DNA of 64,000 nucleotides, taken from positions 2,667-66,666 of the forward strand of contig JBFXEM010000001.1 of the NCBI GenBank assembly GCA_050180135.1, read 5' to 3'. A program made the position numbers and the translations under genes. The notes under the pieces were generated by a model. It saw only the letters and a program-made list of their open reading frames with translations. It was not told where the DNA came from and ran no database searches. Shown one piece after another: positions 1 to 7,746 of this stretch (position 1 is the stretch's first letter; every line of letters begins with the position of its first letter). The stretch is from Solirubrobacterales bacterium (GTDB taxonomy: Bacteria; Actinomycetota; Thermoleophilia; Solirubrobacterales; 70-9).

Positions 1-390
1 GAACTCCGCCATGACATCTCGGATCGCCTGCCGGGTCTCCCCCGGCACTTCGTCCCGATTGACGTGGACGTTCCGCACCGCCGAGCCGAGCGCGATCTGG
101 ATGCTGCGATAGCGCTCGTAAAGAGGTGCCGTGTCAATCCCGACGACCGAGCAGACGCGGATCGCGGTCAGCAGGTCGCCGAGGGCCCGCTCGAAGTTCG
201 GGCTGCGATCGAAGAGAGCGCGGTCCTTCCTCGTTAGGTCGGCGGTGCTGGCGTGGTCGAAGAGCGTCGGATAGCCGAAGGGCTCCCAGACATGGCGACT
301 GAGCCCGTTCCCGATCAGCAGCGTTTCCCATGGGCGACTGTCGGCGACCTCCGCCCAGGGCCGCAGCGTCCCGTCCGGGAGGTCGCTCAC
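1..390 (-). CDS. DUF4917-like (SIR2-like Gly-rich N-terminus) protein, N-terminal part; gene runs off the window start
   Basis: Reverse frame is open from GTG at 388-390 to the window edge. Translation: VSDLPDGTLRPWAEVADSRPWETLLIGNGLSRHVWEPFGYPTLFDHAS... The 'LLIGNGLS' strand-loop motif is recalled from the DUF4917 family. Not in the ORF track because it is truncated. Confidence 0.35.
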   Translation of the reverse strand, partial: MSDLPDGTLRPWAEVADSRPWETLLIGNGLSRHVWEPFGYPTLFDHASTADLTRKDRALFDRSPNFERALGDLLTAIRVCSVVGIDTAPLYERYRSIQIALGSAVRNVHVNRDEVPGETRQAIRDVMAEF

Positions 391-406
391 GAGCGGACCG
401 CTCGGC

Positions 407-664
407 CTACTTGCGATCCCTGGCAGGCGACTCGGAGTGGCGCGGCCCGCGCACCGTGTCAGAGTCGATCAGCTTGCCTTTCTTGTTGGCGATACGCAGC
501 TCGCCGCCGCCCTGGCCTTTGACGATCTCCCGGCCCCGGTCGATCGCCTCGGCCTTCGTACGTGCGTGAGCACTGGCGCGTTGGTGGTCCTCTTTGACCA
601 CGTCCCAGCCGCCGCGCTCGGAGTTCGGGACCACATAACGGTCGCTGTCATTTTTCCTGGTCAT
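407..664 (-). CDS. DUF2188-like small protein
   Basis: ORF 407..697. The internal ATG at 664 is preceded by GGAAGG. MTRKNDSDRYVVPNSERGGWDVVKEDHQRASAHARTKAEAIDRGREIV... fits the DUF2188 pattern (W.V....a...f.tK.eAi..gr). Confidence 0.55.
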   Translation of the reverse strand: MTRKNDSDRYVVPNSERGGWDVVKEDHQRASAHARTKAEAIDRGREIVKGQGGGELRIANKKGKLIDSDTVRGPRHSESPARDRK

Positions 665-748
665 ATGCGCCTTCCCTAAGTATTCGCCCGTGCCCAAGCA
701 TTATGGGCGGCGAGGCGGCGTGACCGGGCGGCAGTCGTGACCGTTTTT

Positions 749-1141
749 CTAGGGGTCGATCCGCTGGAAGGGATCGAGCGTGGTGGCGGCCGCGTCGATG
801 CCATCGACGCCGAGCCGGTAGCCGGCCCGGCTGGCGAGGTCCTGAAGCGCCTGCAGATGGTCATAGAGGAGCAGGCGCCGCTCAAAGGTCAGCGCCTCCT
901 CGCCGACTTTCAGCGAGCGGGAGCCCAGAACGGCAGGACCGCCGCCGATGACCGCGCTCTCGGCGACCAGCACGGAGGCGCTGCCCTCGCCCTCCAGGTA
1001 GGAGCCGCGCACCTCGATCCCAAGCGCCGCCGAGGTGCTGGTGAAGACCAGCACCGACGCGCCAGCCTCGGTGACGAGCGTCTCACCGCCGACCGACATG
1101 CCCTCAACCTCGAAGGTGATCGGCAGCGGAATCGGAGCCAT
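749..1141 (-). CDS. hypothetical protein (130 aa)
   Basis: ORF 749..1291. Start taken at ATG 1141 (MAPIPLPITFEVEGMSVGG...). Composition is protein-like and it is co-directional with its neighbours. No family recognised. Confidence 0.4.
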   Translation of the reverse strand: MAPIPLPITFEVEGMSVGGETLVTEAGASVLVFTSTSAALGIEVRGSYLEGEGSASVLVAESAVIGGGPAVLGSRSLKVGEEALTFERRLLLYDHLQALQDLASRAGYRLGVDGIDAAATTLDPFQRIDP

Positions 1142-1226
1142 GCGATCACCGTAGCGCGGGCGGCGGCGAGCGCGTGCTCGCTCGGCCGGGCGATCACGAC
1201 CACGACCTGACGGGAGCTCGCAGGCG

Positions 1227-1382
1227 CTAGTCCCGATCTGCGCAGCGCAGCGCGATCCACTCGAACTCGCCGTTGACCAGCGGGACCTCATCGGGGTAGT
1301 AGCCGGCCCAAATGTGACGTTCCCAAGACTTCCACCTATGCCTTGACGCGCGGATTCTCGACTCCGGCGTCATCCGAGCCAT
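1227..1382 (-). CDS. small hypothetical protein (51 aa)
   Basis: The distal part of ORF 1227..1589 that does not overlap the ParB-like gene: MARMTPESRIRASRHRWKSWERHIWAGYYPDEVPLVNGEFEWIALRCADRD. No family recognised. Confidence 0.25.
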   Translation of the reverse strand: MARMTPESRIRASRHRWKSWERHIWAGYYPDEVPLVNGEFEWIALRCADRD

Positions 1383-1494
1383 GCGGGCCAGGAACCCATC
1401 GCGGCGCTCGCGGTCACTCACAGGCAGCTGGGGCCAGTCGGGCGAGGGGCGGGAGACGATGCTCCCGCCCCTCTGACCGAGCTGAACCTCTGCC

Positions 1495-3000
1495 CTACCG
1501 CGACTCACGGCTGCGGCGCGGGCGCGCCGCCTTGACCTCGGCCGCGAGCAGCTTGATCGCCTCCCGGCCTCCCCGCGAGAACCAGCCAACCCGCCGGCTC
1601 TGCGCGATCGCCGCGTCGTCGACCAGCTCGCCGGCGATCATCGCCTCGGTGAGGATCTCCATCACCTCGCCTTCGCTGCGGGCCTTCTCGACGCGATTCC
1701 AGATGTACTCGTGGCAGGCGTCGCGGCTGGCGTAGTTGATCTTTTCCCGCTTCGCCCCCGACTTCAGCGTTTTCCGCTCGACCTCCCGCAACTGCGGCAG
1801 GGCCAACATGATCCCCGCCGCCGCGAGGCCGTCGTGATCGGCGAGCAGGACCGCCGCCACCGCCTTGGCCCGGTTGAGGCCGTGCTCCTTGCGCCCCGCC
1901 GCGCCCCGCCGCTCGATCAGCTTTACGCCGACCTTCTCGTTCGCCCGCTCGGCCGTCGCTTTGGCCGCTTTCGCCTCCTCGCGACCCTTCGCCCGGGCTG
2001 CTTTCTTCTCGTCCTCGGTGGTCGGCTTGCCAGCGCTCTCGGCCGCTTTGAGTTGTTTCTCCTCCAGCTCCCGCCTGCGCTTCAGGGCGCGGTCGACGTG
2101 GCGCTCGGCGAGGTCGCCGGCCAACTCGCGGTCGGTGATGAACCTCGTCGTGGAGACCCATTCGCCGCGATCGACCTCGACCTCGACCAGGCAGCCGGCC
2201 GCGCGGGCGTCGTCGATTTCGGGTTGGCCGAGCGAGACGGACTTCGGGACTCCAGCCATGTGGGGCATGGCCTCGTCCAGCGCCTCCAGGAGCTTGGCGC
2301 GCTTCTCCTCGTCCGCAATGACCTGATCGAGGTAGACGCTCCTCGGCTCGATCATCGGCGGCGCCTGCTCGAACTTCGCCTGTGAAACCGCGTAGAGGAC
2401 GTCACCGAAGGCGTCGAGGAGGTCGTGCGCCTCCACCTCGCCCCGCTGTGCCAGCTCGCAAGTGCAGACGGCGATCTGCGGCGAGACTTCGGCGACCTTC
2501 CGCAGGTTGCGCTCGGCCTCCATCGGCACCGCCCCGCTGGCGAAGAAGGGCAGGCAGTCCTCGGGCAGCTTCAACAGCCGCTTGCGATCGCCCACGTAGC
2601 CGGCCGATTTGCCGATCCGTGCGCCGATCTTTTTGTTCGTGCCCAGGTTCTCGAGCGCGGCCAGTCGCACGATCGCCTGCGCCTCCTCGACCGGGTTCAG
2701 GTCCGCCCGGATCAGGTTCTCGGCGAGCGCCGCCGCCAAGGCCCCGTCGCCCTCTCGGATTAGGACGGGGACCTTCTTCACCCCGGCCTCTCTTGCTGCC
2801 CGCAGCCGGCGCTCGCCCGCGACCAGGATGTAGTGGGTGCCGCCGTTCGGCCTCACGGTCAGCGCCTGGGCGATGCCGTTCTGTTCGATGCTGGCGACCA
2901 GCTCGCGGTGCTGGTCGGGATCGAACTCGGTCCTCGGGTTGAAGCCGTCCTCGACCTTGATCGTGTCGATGTCGAGCACGGCCGTGCTGGGATCGCTCAT
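1495..3000 (-). CDS. ParB/Srx-domain protein with long charged C-terminal extension (orphan, no ParA nearby)
   Basis: ORF 1495..3024. ATG at 3000 is preceded by AGGAGG. N-terminal ParB box 'HYILVAGERRLRAAREAG', an HTH-like segment 'NKKIGARIGKSAGYVGDRKRLLKLP', then a Lys/Glu/Ala-rich coiled region. Confidence 0.75.
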   Translation of the reverse strand: MSDPSTAVLDIDTIKVEDGFNPRTEFDPDQHRELVASIEQNGIAQALTVRPNGGTHYILVAGERRLRAAREAGVKKVPVLIREGDGALAAALAENLIRADLNPVEEAQAIVRLAALENLGTNKKIGARIGKSAGYVGDRKRLLKLPEDCLPFFASGAVPMEAERNLRKVAEVSPQIAVCTCELAQRGEVEAHDLLDAFGDVLYAVSQAKFEQAPPMIEPRSVYLDQVIADEEKRAKLLEALDEAMPHMAGVPKSVSLGQPEIDDARAAGCLVEVEVDRGEWVSTTRFITDRELAGDLAERHVDRALKRRRELEEKQLKAAESAGKPTTEDEKKAARAKGREEAKAAKATAERANEKVGVKLIERRGAAGRKEHGLNRAKAVAAVLLADHDGLAAAGIMLALPQLREVERKTLKSGAKREKINYASRDACHEYIWNRVEKARSEGEVMEILTEAMIAGELVDDAAIAQSRRVGWFSRGGREAIKLLAAEVKAARPRRSRESR

Positions 3001-3186
3001 CAGAGCCTCCTGTTCTGCGCCCACGCCCGATGCGTGAGCCGGTGGCCCCGACCCGCACGCGCAGCGTGCGAAAATCGGGGTCCCGGCGAGCGCAGGAGGC
3101 GCGGGGCGTGGGCGCTACAGGAGGCCCGCGGAGCGACCGCGATCGCCGAGCCGCAGAGCGCGACCCGGCGACCTCAGCCGAGCGGG

Positions 3187-5589
3187 TTAGCGGCGAACCG
3201 GCGCGCGGTGCTTCCCCCGCTGCTTCTTCGGGCATCCCTTCGACCCGCGCCGGCCGGCCTGCTTCTTCTTGGTCTTCGCGCAGCGACCCTTCGCCGCCGG
3301 CTTCTTCGGCTTCATCGACTCCGGCAGCACTCGCAGCCTGACCGGATCCGACTCGTTCTCGACATATGGGTAACCGCCCGCTTCGCGTACCTGGGCGCGC
3401 ATTTCGTAGAAGGTCGGCCGCGTGGTGCGACGGAACGGGTAGCTCATCTCGTAGTGGCCGCCGTCGCGGGTCCGGTAGCGGCGGAACACGAGCCAGCCCT
3501 TGCCGGTCTTCACCTGCAGGACCACCGTCACGTCGTCGTTGTGGGGGCCGGGGATCTCGCCCTGAAAGAAGGCGGATTCGCCGTTGTAGACCGTGGTCTT
3601 GCGCGCCCGCAGGGTCGGCTTCACGACCGTGCGGACCCTGGCGCTCGAGCTGAGCTGGCGGGTGCCGTCGCGGTGGACCGCGATCACTTCCCGCGAGGGC
3701 CCAGCCGGAATCGGGAAGCGGTAGGCACCCCCGCCGTCGGTGAGCGCGATGCCGAGGAAGTCCCGGCCGCGGTCGGTCTCCACCCGGGTGTAGACACAGA
3801 CCGGCGAGAGGGCGATCGGCCCCGAGGGACCGCGCAACGAGCCGGTGAACGTCGTCCCCTCACCCTGCTGGAGGGTCTGTTCGAGCTGGTTGCCGACGGC
3901 GGCGCTGATCAGCGAGGCGCCGGCCACCGTGGATCGCTGGCATTCATAGCCCAGCGGCGCCGTGATGGGTGCGCCGACGTTGCCCTCGGCGTCGCTCAAC
4001 CACAAGCGCAGCTGGTAGTTGCCGCCCGAAGCGGGCGAGTCGAGCTCGCCGATCGCCTCGATGTTCCTGCCGCTGACGGTGGCGCGCGGCACGATCACTT
4101 TGCGGGAGCCGTCGAGGATGTCGTAGTGAGCGGCGTCGATCGGCGCACCGGCGTCGACGATGTTCTGCCAGCGCAGGTCGAAGCCGTCGGCCGCGCGCGG
4201 CGTCGCCGGCGAGGTCACCGAGAGGACCTGCGGCGCGGCGGGCGGGATCGTGTCGTGTGGGATCTGCGCGACGGCCGCCGGGCCGGTGAAGCCGACCTGA
4301 TCCTCGAGCCAGACGCGGAGGCGGTAGTCGCCGGCGTTCGCCGGCCCTTCGATCCCGGTGATCGCGGTCGGGTTCGTCGCGGTGAGGACCTGCTCGGGCT
4401 TCACCACCGCGCCGGCCGCATTCAGCACCTCGTAGTGGACCTTGGCGATCGGGCTGCCCTGGTTTGGCGGCAGCGCGAACTGTGCACCGAAGCGGTCGAG
4501 GTAGCGGTTCGGGTTGGCGCTGGTGACGACCAGCCCGACCGGCGCCCCGGGCGGCGTGTTGTCGGTGTAGACCGGGCCCTGGACGCAAGACTCTGACGCG
4601 GTCCCGTTCAGGCCGACCGCCTGGCCGTAGTCCTGCGCGCACGCCTGCAGGGTGTGAACGCCATCGCCCAGGACGGCGGTATCGAGCGGGACCGAGAGGG
4701 GCCAAGGACCGCCGATCGGGCAGGGCTGGAAGACCCGCCCGTACTCGCCGTTGGCCTGCGAGGCATCGAGGTTGCAGAGGCCGCGATAGTCGTGGCGGAA
4801 GCGCTCGACGCCGTCGACGCGGAGATAGGTCCAGCGTATGCCGGACCCCTGGTCGCCATTGGTGTAGGTGACCGCCTGGCTGCCTTTTGACCACGCGCCG
4901 CTCATCAGGGTCGAGCCGTTCGTGAAGCCCACCTGCGCGTTCTGATCGTCGGAGAGGGTGAAGACGAGGGTGTTGACGTCGGCGGCGTTGAAGTTGCTGC
5001 GGTCGCAGCCAGCCGGCCGCACGCAGTTGACCTCGAAGGCGAAGCGCCAGAAGTCGGCGTTGCCACCCGGCCAGAGATGTGGCGCGAAGGTGGAGGTCGT
5101 GCCGGCGGGGGCTCCCACTCCTTGGCTGAAAATCTGGAAGCCGTTGTTGGCGAAGTCGACTCCCCAGAAGCGCGCCCGCCAGCCGTCGTTGAATGCAAGG
5201 GGCTGCCGGGTCCAACCCCCCGCCGTCTTGAAGTGGACGAACGGGGGCGTGTCCCAATAGACGAACCCGTAGGCCCCGTTGCCGGCGTTACCGCCGGCCT
5301 GGTTCTCGGCGATCCGTAGGAAGGCGGCGTTGCCGGCTGGGTCGGGGGCCGGGCCGCAGTAGTTCTCGAAGGAGAAGATGCCCCCGGGGTTCTGCGGGCT
5401 GGTGGTATTGGTCCCGGTCCCAAAGCCGTTGGAGCCGACGTTTCCGGCGCAGAGGACGGCCTTGAACTGCCCGGCGGGCGCGGCCTTGGCGGTCGCCGCC
5501 GAGATGACGGCGACGAGCAGGCAGATCGCCGCCAGGCACAGCGCGGTAAGGACTGGGCGCCGGGCGGTGGTCCTGGTCTGGGGTGGCAT
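3187..5589 (-). CDS. secreted repeat-containing protein with basic C-terminal tail
   Basis: ORF 3187..5619. ATG at 5589 is preceded by AAGGAGAG. Signal peptide 'RRPVLTALCLAAICLLVAVISAATAKA', two tandem ~100-aa Ig/FN3-like repeats, and the tail 'KPKKPAAKGRCAKTKKKQAGRRGSKGCPKKQRGKHRAPVRR'. Confidence 0.7.
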   Translation of the reverse strand: MPPQTRTTARRPVLTALCLAAICLLVAVISAATAKAAPAGQFKAVLCAGNVGSNGFGTGTNTTSPQNPGGIFSFENYCGPAPDPAGNAAFLRIAENQAGGNAGNGAYGFVYWDTPPFVHFKTAGGWTRQPLAFNDGWRARFWGVDFANNGFQIFSQGVGAPAGTTSTFAPHLWPGGNADFWRFAFEVNCVRPAGCDRSNFNAADVNTLVFTLSDDQNAQVGFTNGSTLMSGAWSKGSQAVTYTNGDQGSGIRWTYLRVDGVERFRHDYRGLCNLDASQANGEYGRVFQPCPIGGPWPLSVPLDTAVLGDGVHTLQACAQDYGQAVGLNGTASESCVQGPVYTDNTPPGAPVGLVVTSANPNRYLDRFGAQFALPPNQGSPIAKVHYEVLNAAGAVVKPEQVLTATNPTAITGIEGPANAGDYRLRVWLEDQVGFTGPAAVAQIPHDTIPPAAPQVLSVTSPATPRAADGFDLRWQNIVDAGAPIDAAHYDILDGSRKVIVPRATVSGRNIEAIGELDSPASGGNYQLRLWLSDAEGNVGAPITAPLGYECQRSTVAGASLISAAVGNQLEQTLQQGEGTTFTGSLRGPSGPIALSPVCVYTRVETDRGRDFLGIALTDGGGAYRFPIPAGPSREVIAVHRDGTRQLSSSARVRTVVKPTLRARKTTVYNGESAFFQGEIPGPHNDDVTVVLQVKTGKGWLVFRRYRTRDGGHYEMSYPFRRTTRPTFYEMRAQVREAGGYPYVENESDPVRLRVLPESMKPKKPAAKGRCAKTKKKQAGRRGSKGCPKKQRGKHRAPVRR
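3952..4563 (-). repeat. two tandem ~100-codon protein-level repeats inside the secreted protein
   Basis: R1: DNTPPGAPVGLVVTS...VHYEVLN...GDYRLRVWLEDQVGFTG. R2: DTIPPAAPQVLSVTS...AHYDILD...GNYQLRLWLSDAEGNVG. The two align over their full length. Confidence 0.5.
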
Positions 5590-5812
5590 AGAGCTCTCCT
5601 TTGTCCTCGCCCGCGACAAGGCGGCGATTCCGAGGCGTTAGGTTCGTCTTGTCACCCCCAGACGAGGGAGCGGCGCAATGCGATACCCCCGGTGATCCGC
5701 AAACCTGATTGTTTTCCGAGCGCTCAAACAAGCTCTGACACTCAACGGCTCGGAAAGCGGCACTCATATATCCGCTTACCTAAGCCGCTAGGGCTAAAGG
5801 AGCCCGCGACGA

Positions 5813-6379
5813 TTAGGCGGCAGCGTCGACCGGCCGCAGCGGCGGCAACGCAACCGTGTCGGGCCGATCCCAGAGCCGGTAGCCGACGCCCCAGGAGTTG
5901 ATGATCATCCCGTCCGCCCCGGCCGCTTTCAGCTTCCTCCGCAGTCTGCTCGCGTGGCTCTCGAGGGTCCGCGTTTTCGCGTTGCCGTCGTGACCCCAGA
6001 TGGTCGCGAGCAGCTCTTCCTTGCTGTAGACCCGGTCCGGTTTGGCCGCCAACACGGCCAGTAGCTGGAATTCTTTACGCGAGAGCTCCAGCCTGACGTC
6101 GCCCACGGTCGCGATCCTGATTTCCGGCTCGACGACCAGGGGTCCGCGGAGGAGCGCGTCCCGTTTCTCCGTTTCGGCGTTTATGGCCCCGCCGTCGAGG
6201 TCACCCCGGCAGGCGATCCGCCAGTTGTCCTCGTCCTCCTTGCGGAGATGCAGCTCCCAGTTGCCCCCTTCGCTCAGCCTGGCCTCGATCTCGCCGGCCG
6301 CCGTTTGGATCGAGACCTTCGTGAACCTGCCGGGCGCGACCAGCCTCAGCGGGGCGCCGTGGTCGATGGATGCGTCCAT
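5813..6379 (-). CDS. stand-alone OmpR/PhoB-type winged-helix DNA-binding protein with an unrecognised N-terminal domain (no receiver)
   Basis: The C-terminus 'LELSRKEFQLLAVLAAKPDRVYSKEELLATIWGHDGNAKTRTLESHASRLRRKLKAAGADGMIINSWGVGYRLW' is a trans_reg_C pattern. The N-terminal ~90 aa has no phospho-acceptor receiver features. Strong RBS TAAGGAGG. Confidence 0.7.
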   Translation of the reverse strand: MDASIDHGAPLRLVAPGRFTKVSIQTAAGEIEARLSEGGNWELHLRKEDEDNWRIACRGDLDGGAINAETEKRDALLRGPLVVEPEIRIATVGDVRLELSRKEFQLLAVLAAKPDRVYSKEELLATIWGHDGNAKTRTLESHASRLRRKLKAAGADGMIINSWGVGYRLWDRPDTVALPPLRPVDAAA

Positions 6380-6450
6380 TGTTGTTCCTCCTTACTCGGT
6401 GACGGTGGTCGCCGAGCCGCCCGGCGGGGAGCGGAGCGAGCGGAACCCGA

Positions 6451-6474
6451 GCGCAGCGAGGGCGCGCAGCGAGG
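6451..6474. repeat. tandem 13-bp direct repeat (GCGCAGCGAGG x2) in the leader of the winged-helix regulator gene
   Basis: gcgcagcgagg at 6451-6461 and again at 6464-6474. It is embedded in a GAGCG-rich tract and followed by the hairpin GGCCCGC-gca-GCGGGCC (6473-6489). Confidence 0.4.
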
Positions 6475-6603
6475 CCCGCGCAGCGGGCCTTTCAAGCGAG
6501 CCCGCTCCCTGCCAGGCTCGAAGCGACCACAGTCACCGAGACCGGGACCTCGGACTAGCGACCGGCTGGCTTGGAGGTGAAGGAGACCGGGAAGACGGAC
6601 AGT

Positions 6604-6633
6604 CCCGTCGGGAGCATCGAGGCCCCCGACGGG
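6604..6633 (-). terminator. hairpin downstream of the 6647..7477 gene
   Basis: 9-bp stem CCCGTCGGG / CCCGACGGG with a 12-nt loop, 14 nt past the stop codon. No U-tract, so only a candidate. Confidence 0.3.
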
Positions 6634-6646
6634 TACGCCGTGAAGC

Positions 6647-7477
6647 TCAGTTGACAGGCATCCGTTCGATTGCCGACCTGCCGGCGCCGAGCTTTCCTTC
6701 GAGGTCGCCGAGCTGGTTGTCGCGCTTTCCCTGGAGGGTCGCGACCCGCGCGTTGTAGATGCGCTTGTGGTCGTTGCGCAGCTTCTGGATCGCGGCGGCG
6801 TCGTCCCGGAGGACGAGCTGCGCCGCTGAGGCCTTTGCGGCGCGGATCGCCGCCTTTTCCTTCCCGTAGGCGGCCTTGAGGTCGGCGAGTTCCTCCCGTT
6901 CGAGTTCGCCGTCGGCAACGCGTCGGTCTACACGCCGTTCGATCGCTTCCTGAAACTGGGGTTGTTGGGCCGTGGCGGCAGCGCCCTTCTGTTTGCGCAG
7001 CCGTTTGATCTCTTTGTGGAGAGCCTCGATGCGGTCGCCGAACTCCTTTTGAATGCGGGCAAACTCGGCTTCGTAGTTGGCTGCGGCCGACGCCAGGCGC
7101 GCGTCGTATTCGCTGCGCAGGCCGGCGAGTTCGCCGGACTCACTGCGGCGGATCGTTTGCGAGCTCTTCTTGAAGGCCCGGTTGGATTCATTGTTCGCCT
7201 GCGCCTTCGCGCGATTGAAGAGCGCATTCGATTTGTTCACCGCGGCCTGGTGCTTATTGTCGAGCTGGCCGTCGTAGGCGCTCTTTTGCGCCGCGGCGGT
7301 CGGCGTTCCGGCGAGCACGTCGAGCTTGTCGACGAACTTGGCGAGTGCCTTGTATTGGGCGCTGGCGGAGAACGGCGGGACTTTGGCGGCGCTGGCGGTC
7401 GAAGCTAGAAGCGCCACGGCGAGAAGGGCAACGCCAGCGAGCTGTACGAGCAAGCGCAGCCTACGGTGCGGATTCAT
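6647..7477 (-). CDS. secreted Ala/Lys/Glu-rich coiled-coil protein
   Basis: Signal peptide 'RRLRLLVQLAGVALLAVALLASTASA'. The rest is helical and repetitive (AKAQANNESNRAFKK..., EIKRLRKQK...). No family recognised. Confidence 0.6.
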   Translation of the reverse strand: MNPHRRLRLLVQLAGVALLAVALLASTASAAKVPPFSASAQYKALAKFVDKLDVLAGTPTAAAQKSAYDGQLDNKHQAAVNKSNALFNRAKAQANNESNRAFKKSSQTIRRSESGELAGLRSEYDARLASAAANYEAEFARIQKEFGDRIEALHKEIKRLRKQKGAAATAQQPQFQEAIERRVDRRVADGELEREELADLKAAYGKEKAAIRAAKASAAQLVLRDDAAAIQKLRNDHKRIYNARVATLQGKRDNQLGDLEGKLGAGRSAIERMPVN

Positions 7478-7746
7478 CTTTCAGGGACTCCTTGTACGGG
7501 CGCCGGCCAGGGCGCCAGTGGATCTTGAGCGCTTCTCCCTAACCCGCTTCTTGCCCGGTCGATGCGGCAGGCTATGGCGGGGCGGATAGAGCTTGCGATG
7601 GGCGTGGGCGGCGCTGCCTCAGGGGAGAATGTCAGAGGAACCTGGGACGAGATCTGCCGAAGGCACAGGCCTGAGTCCGCGCCTTCTCCTGCTTTCAAAC
7701 TGCTGTCGTCACGCCGGGTCCCCTCCGGAGATCGCCCGGCAAACCT

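Noticed and set aside
2833-4596. Very long ORFs antisense to or overlapping confident genes. Examples: 2833..4596 (+), 7850..9493 (-), 12332..14413 (+), 21073..23046 (+), 32749..35244 (+), 35269..36969 (+), 60685..61962 (-).
   Set aside because: Their translations are Arg/Ala/Gly/Pro-rich and low in complexity, with no recognisable motifs. They mirror genes that have clear family signatures on the other strand or frame. This is the usual shadow-ORF artefact of very GC-rich DNA.
5590-5812. The 220-nt leader of the secreted-protein gene, and the 7478-7746 leader, as riboswitches.
   Set aside because: There are some GC hairpins, but no match to any riboswitch consensus I can recall (cobalamin, c-di-GMP, ydaO, etc.).
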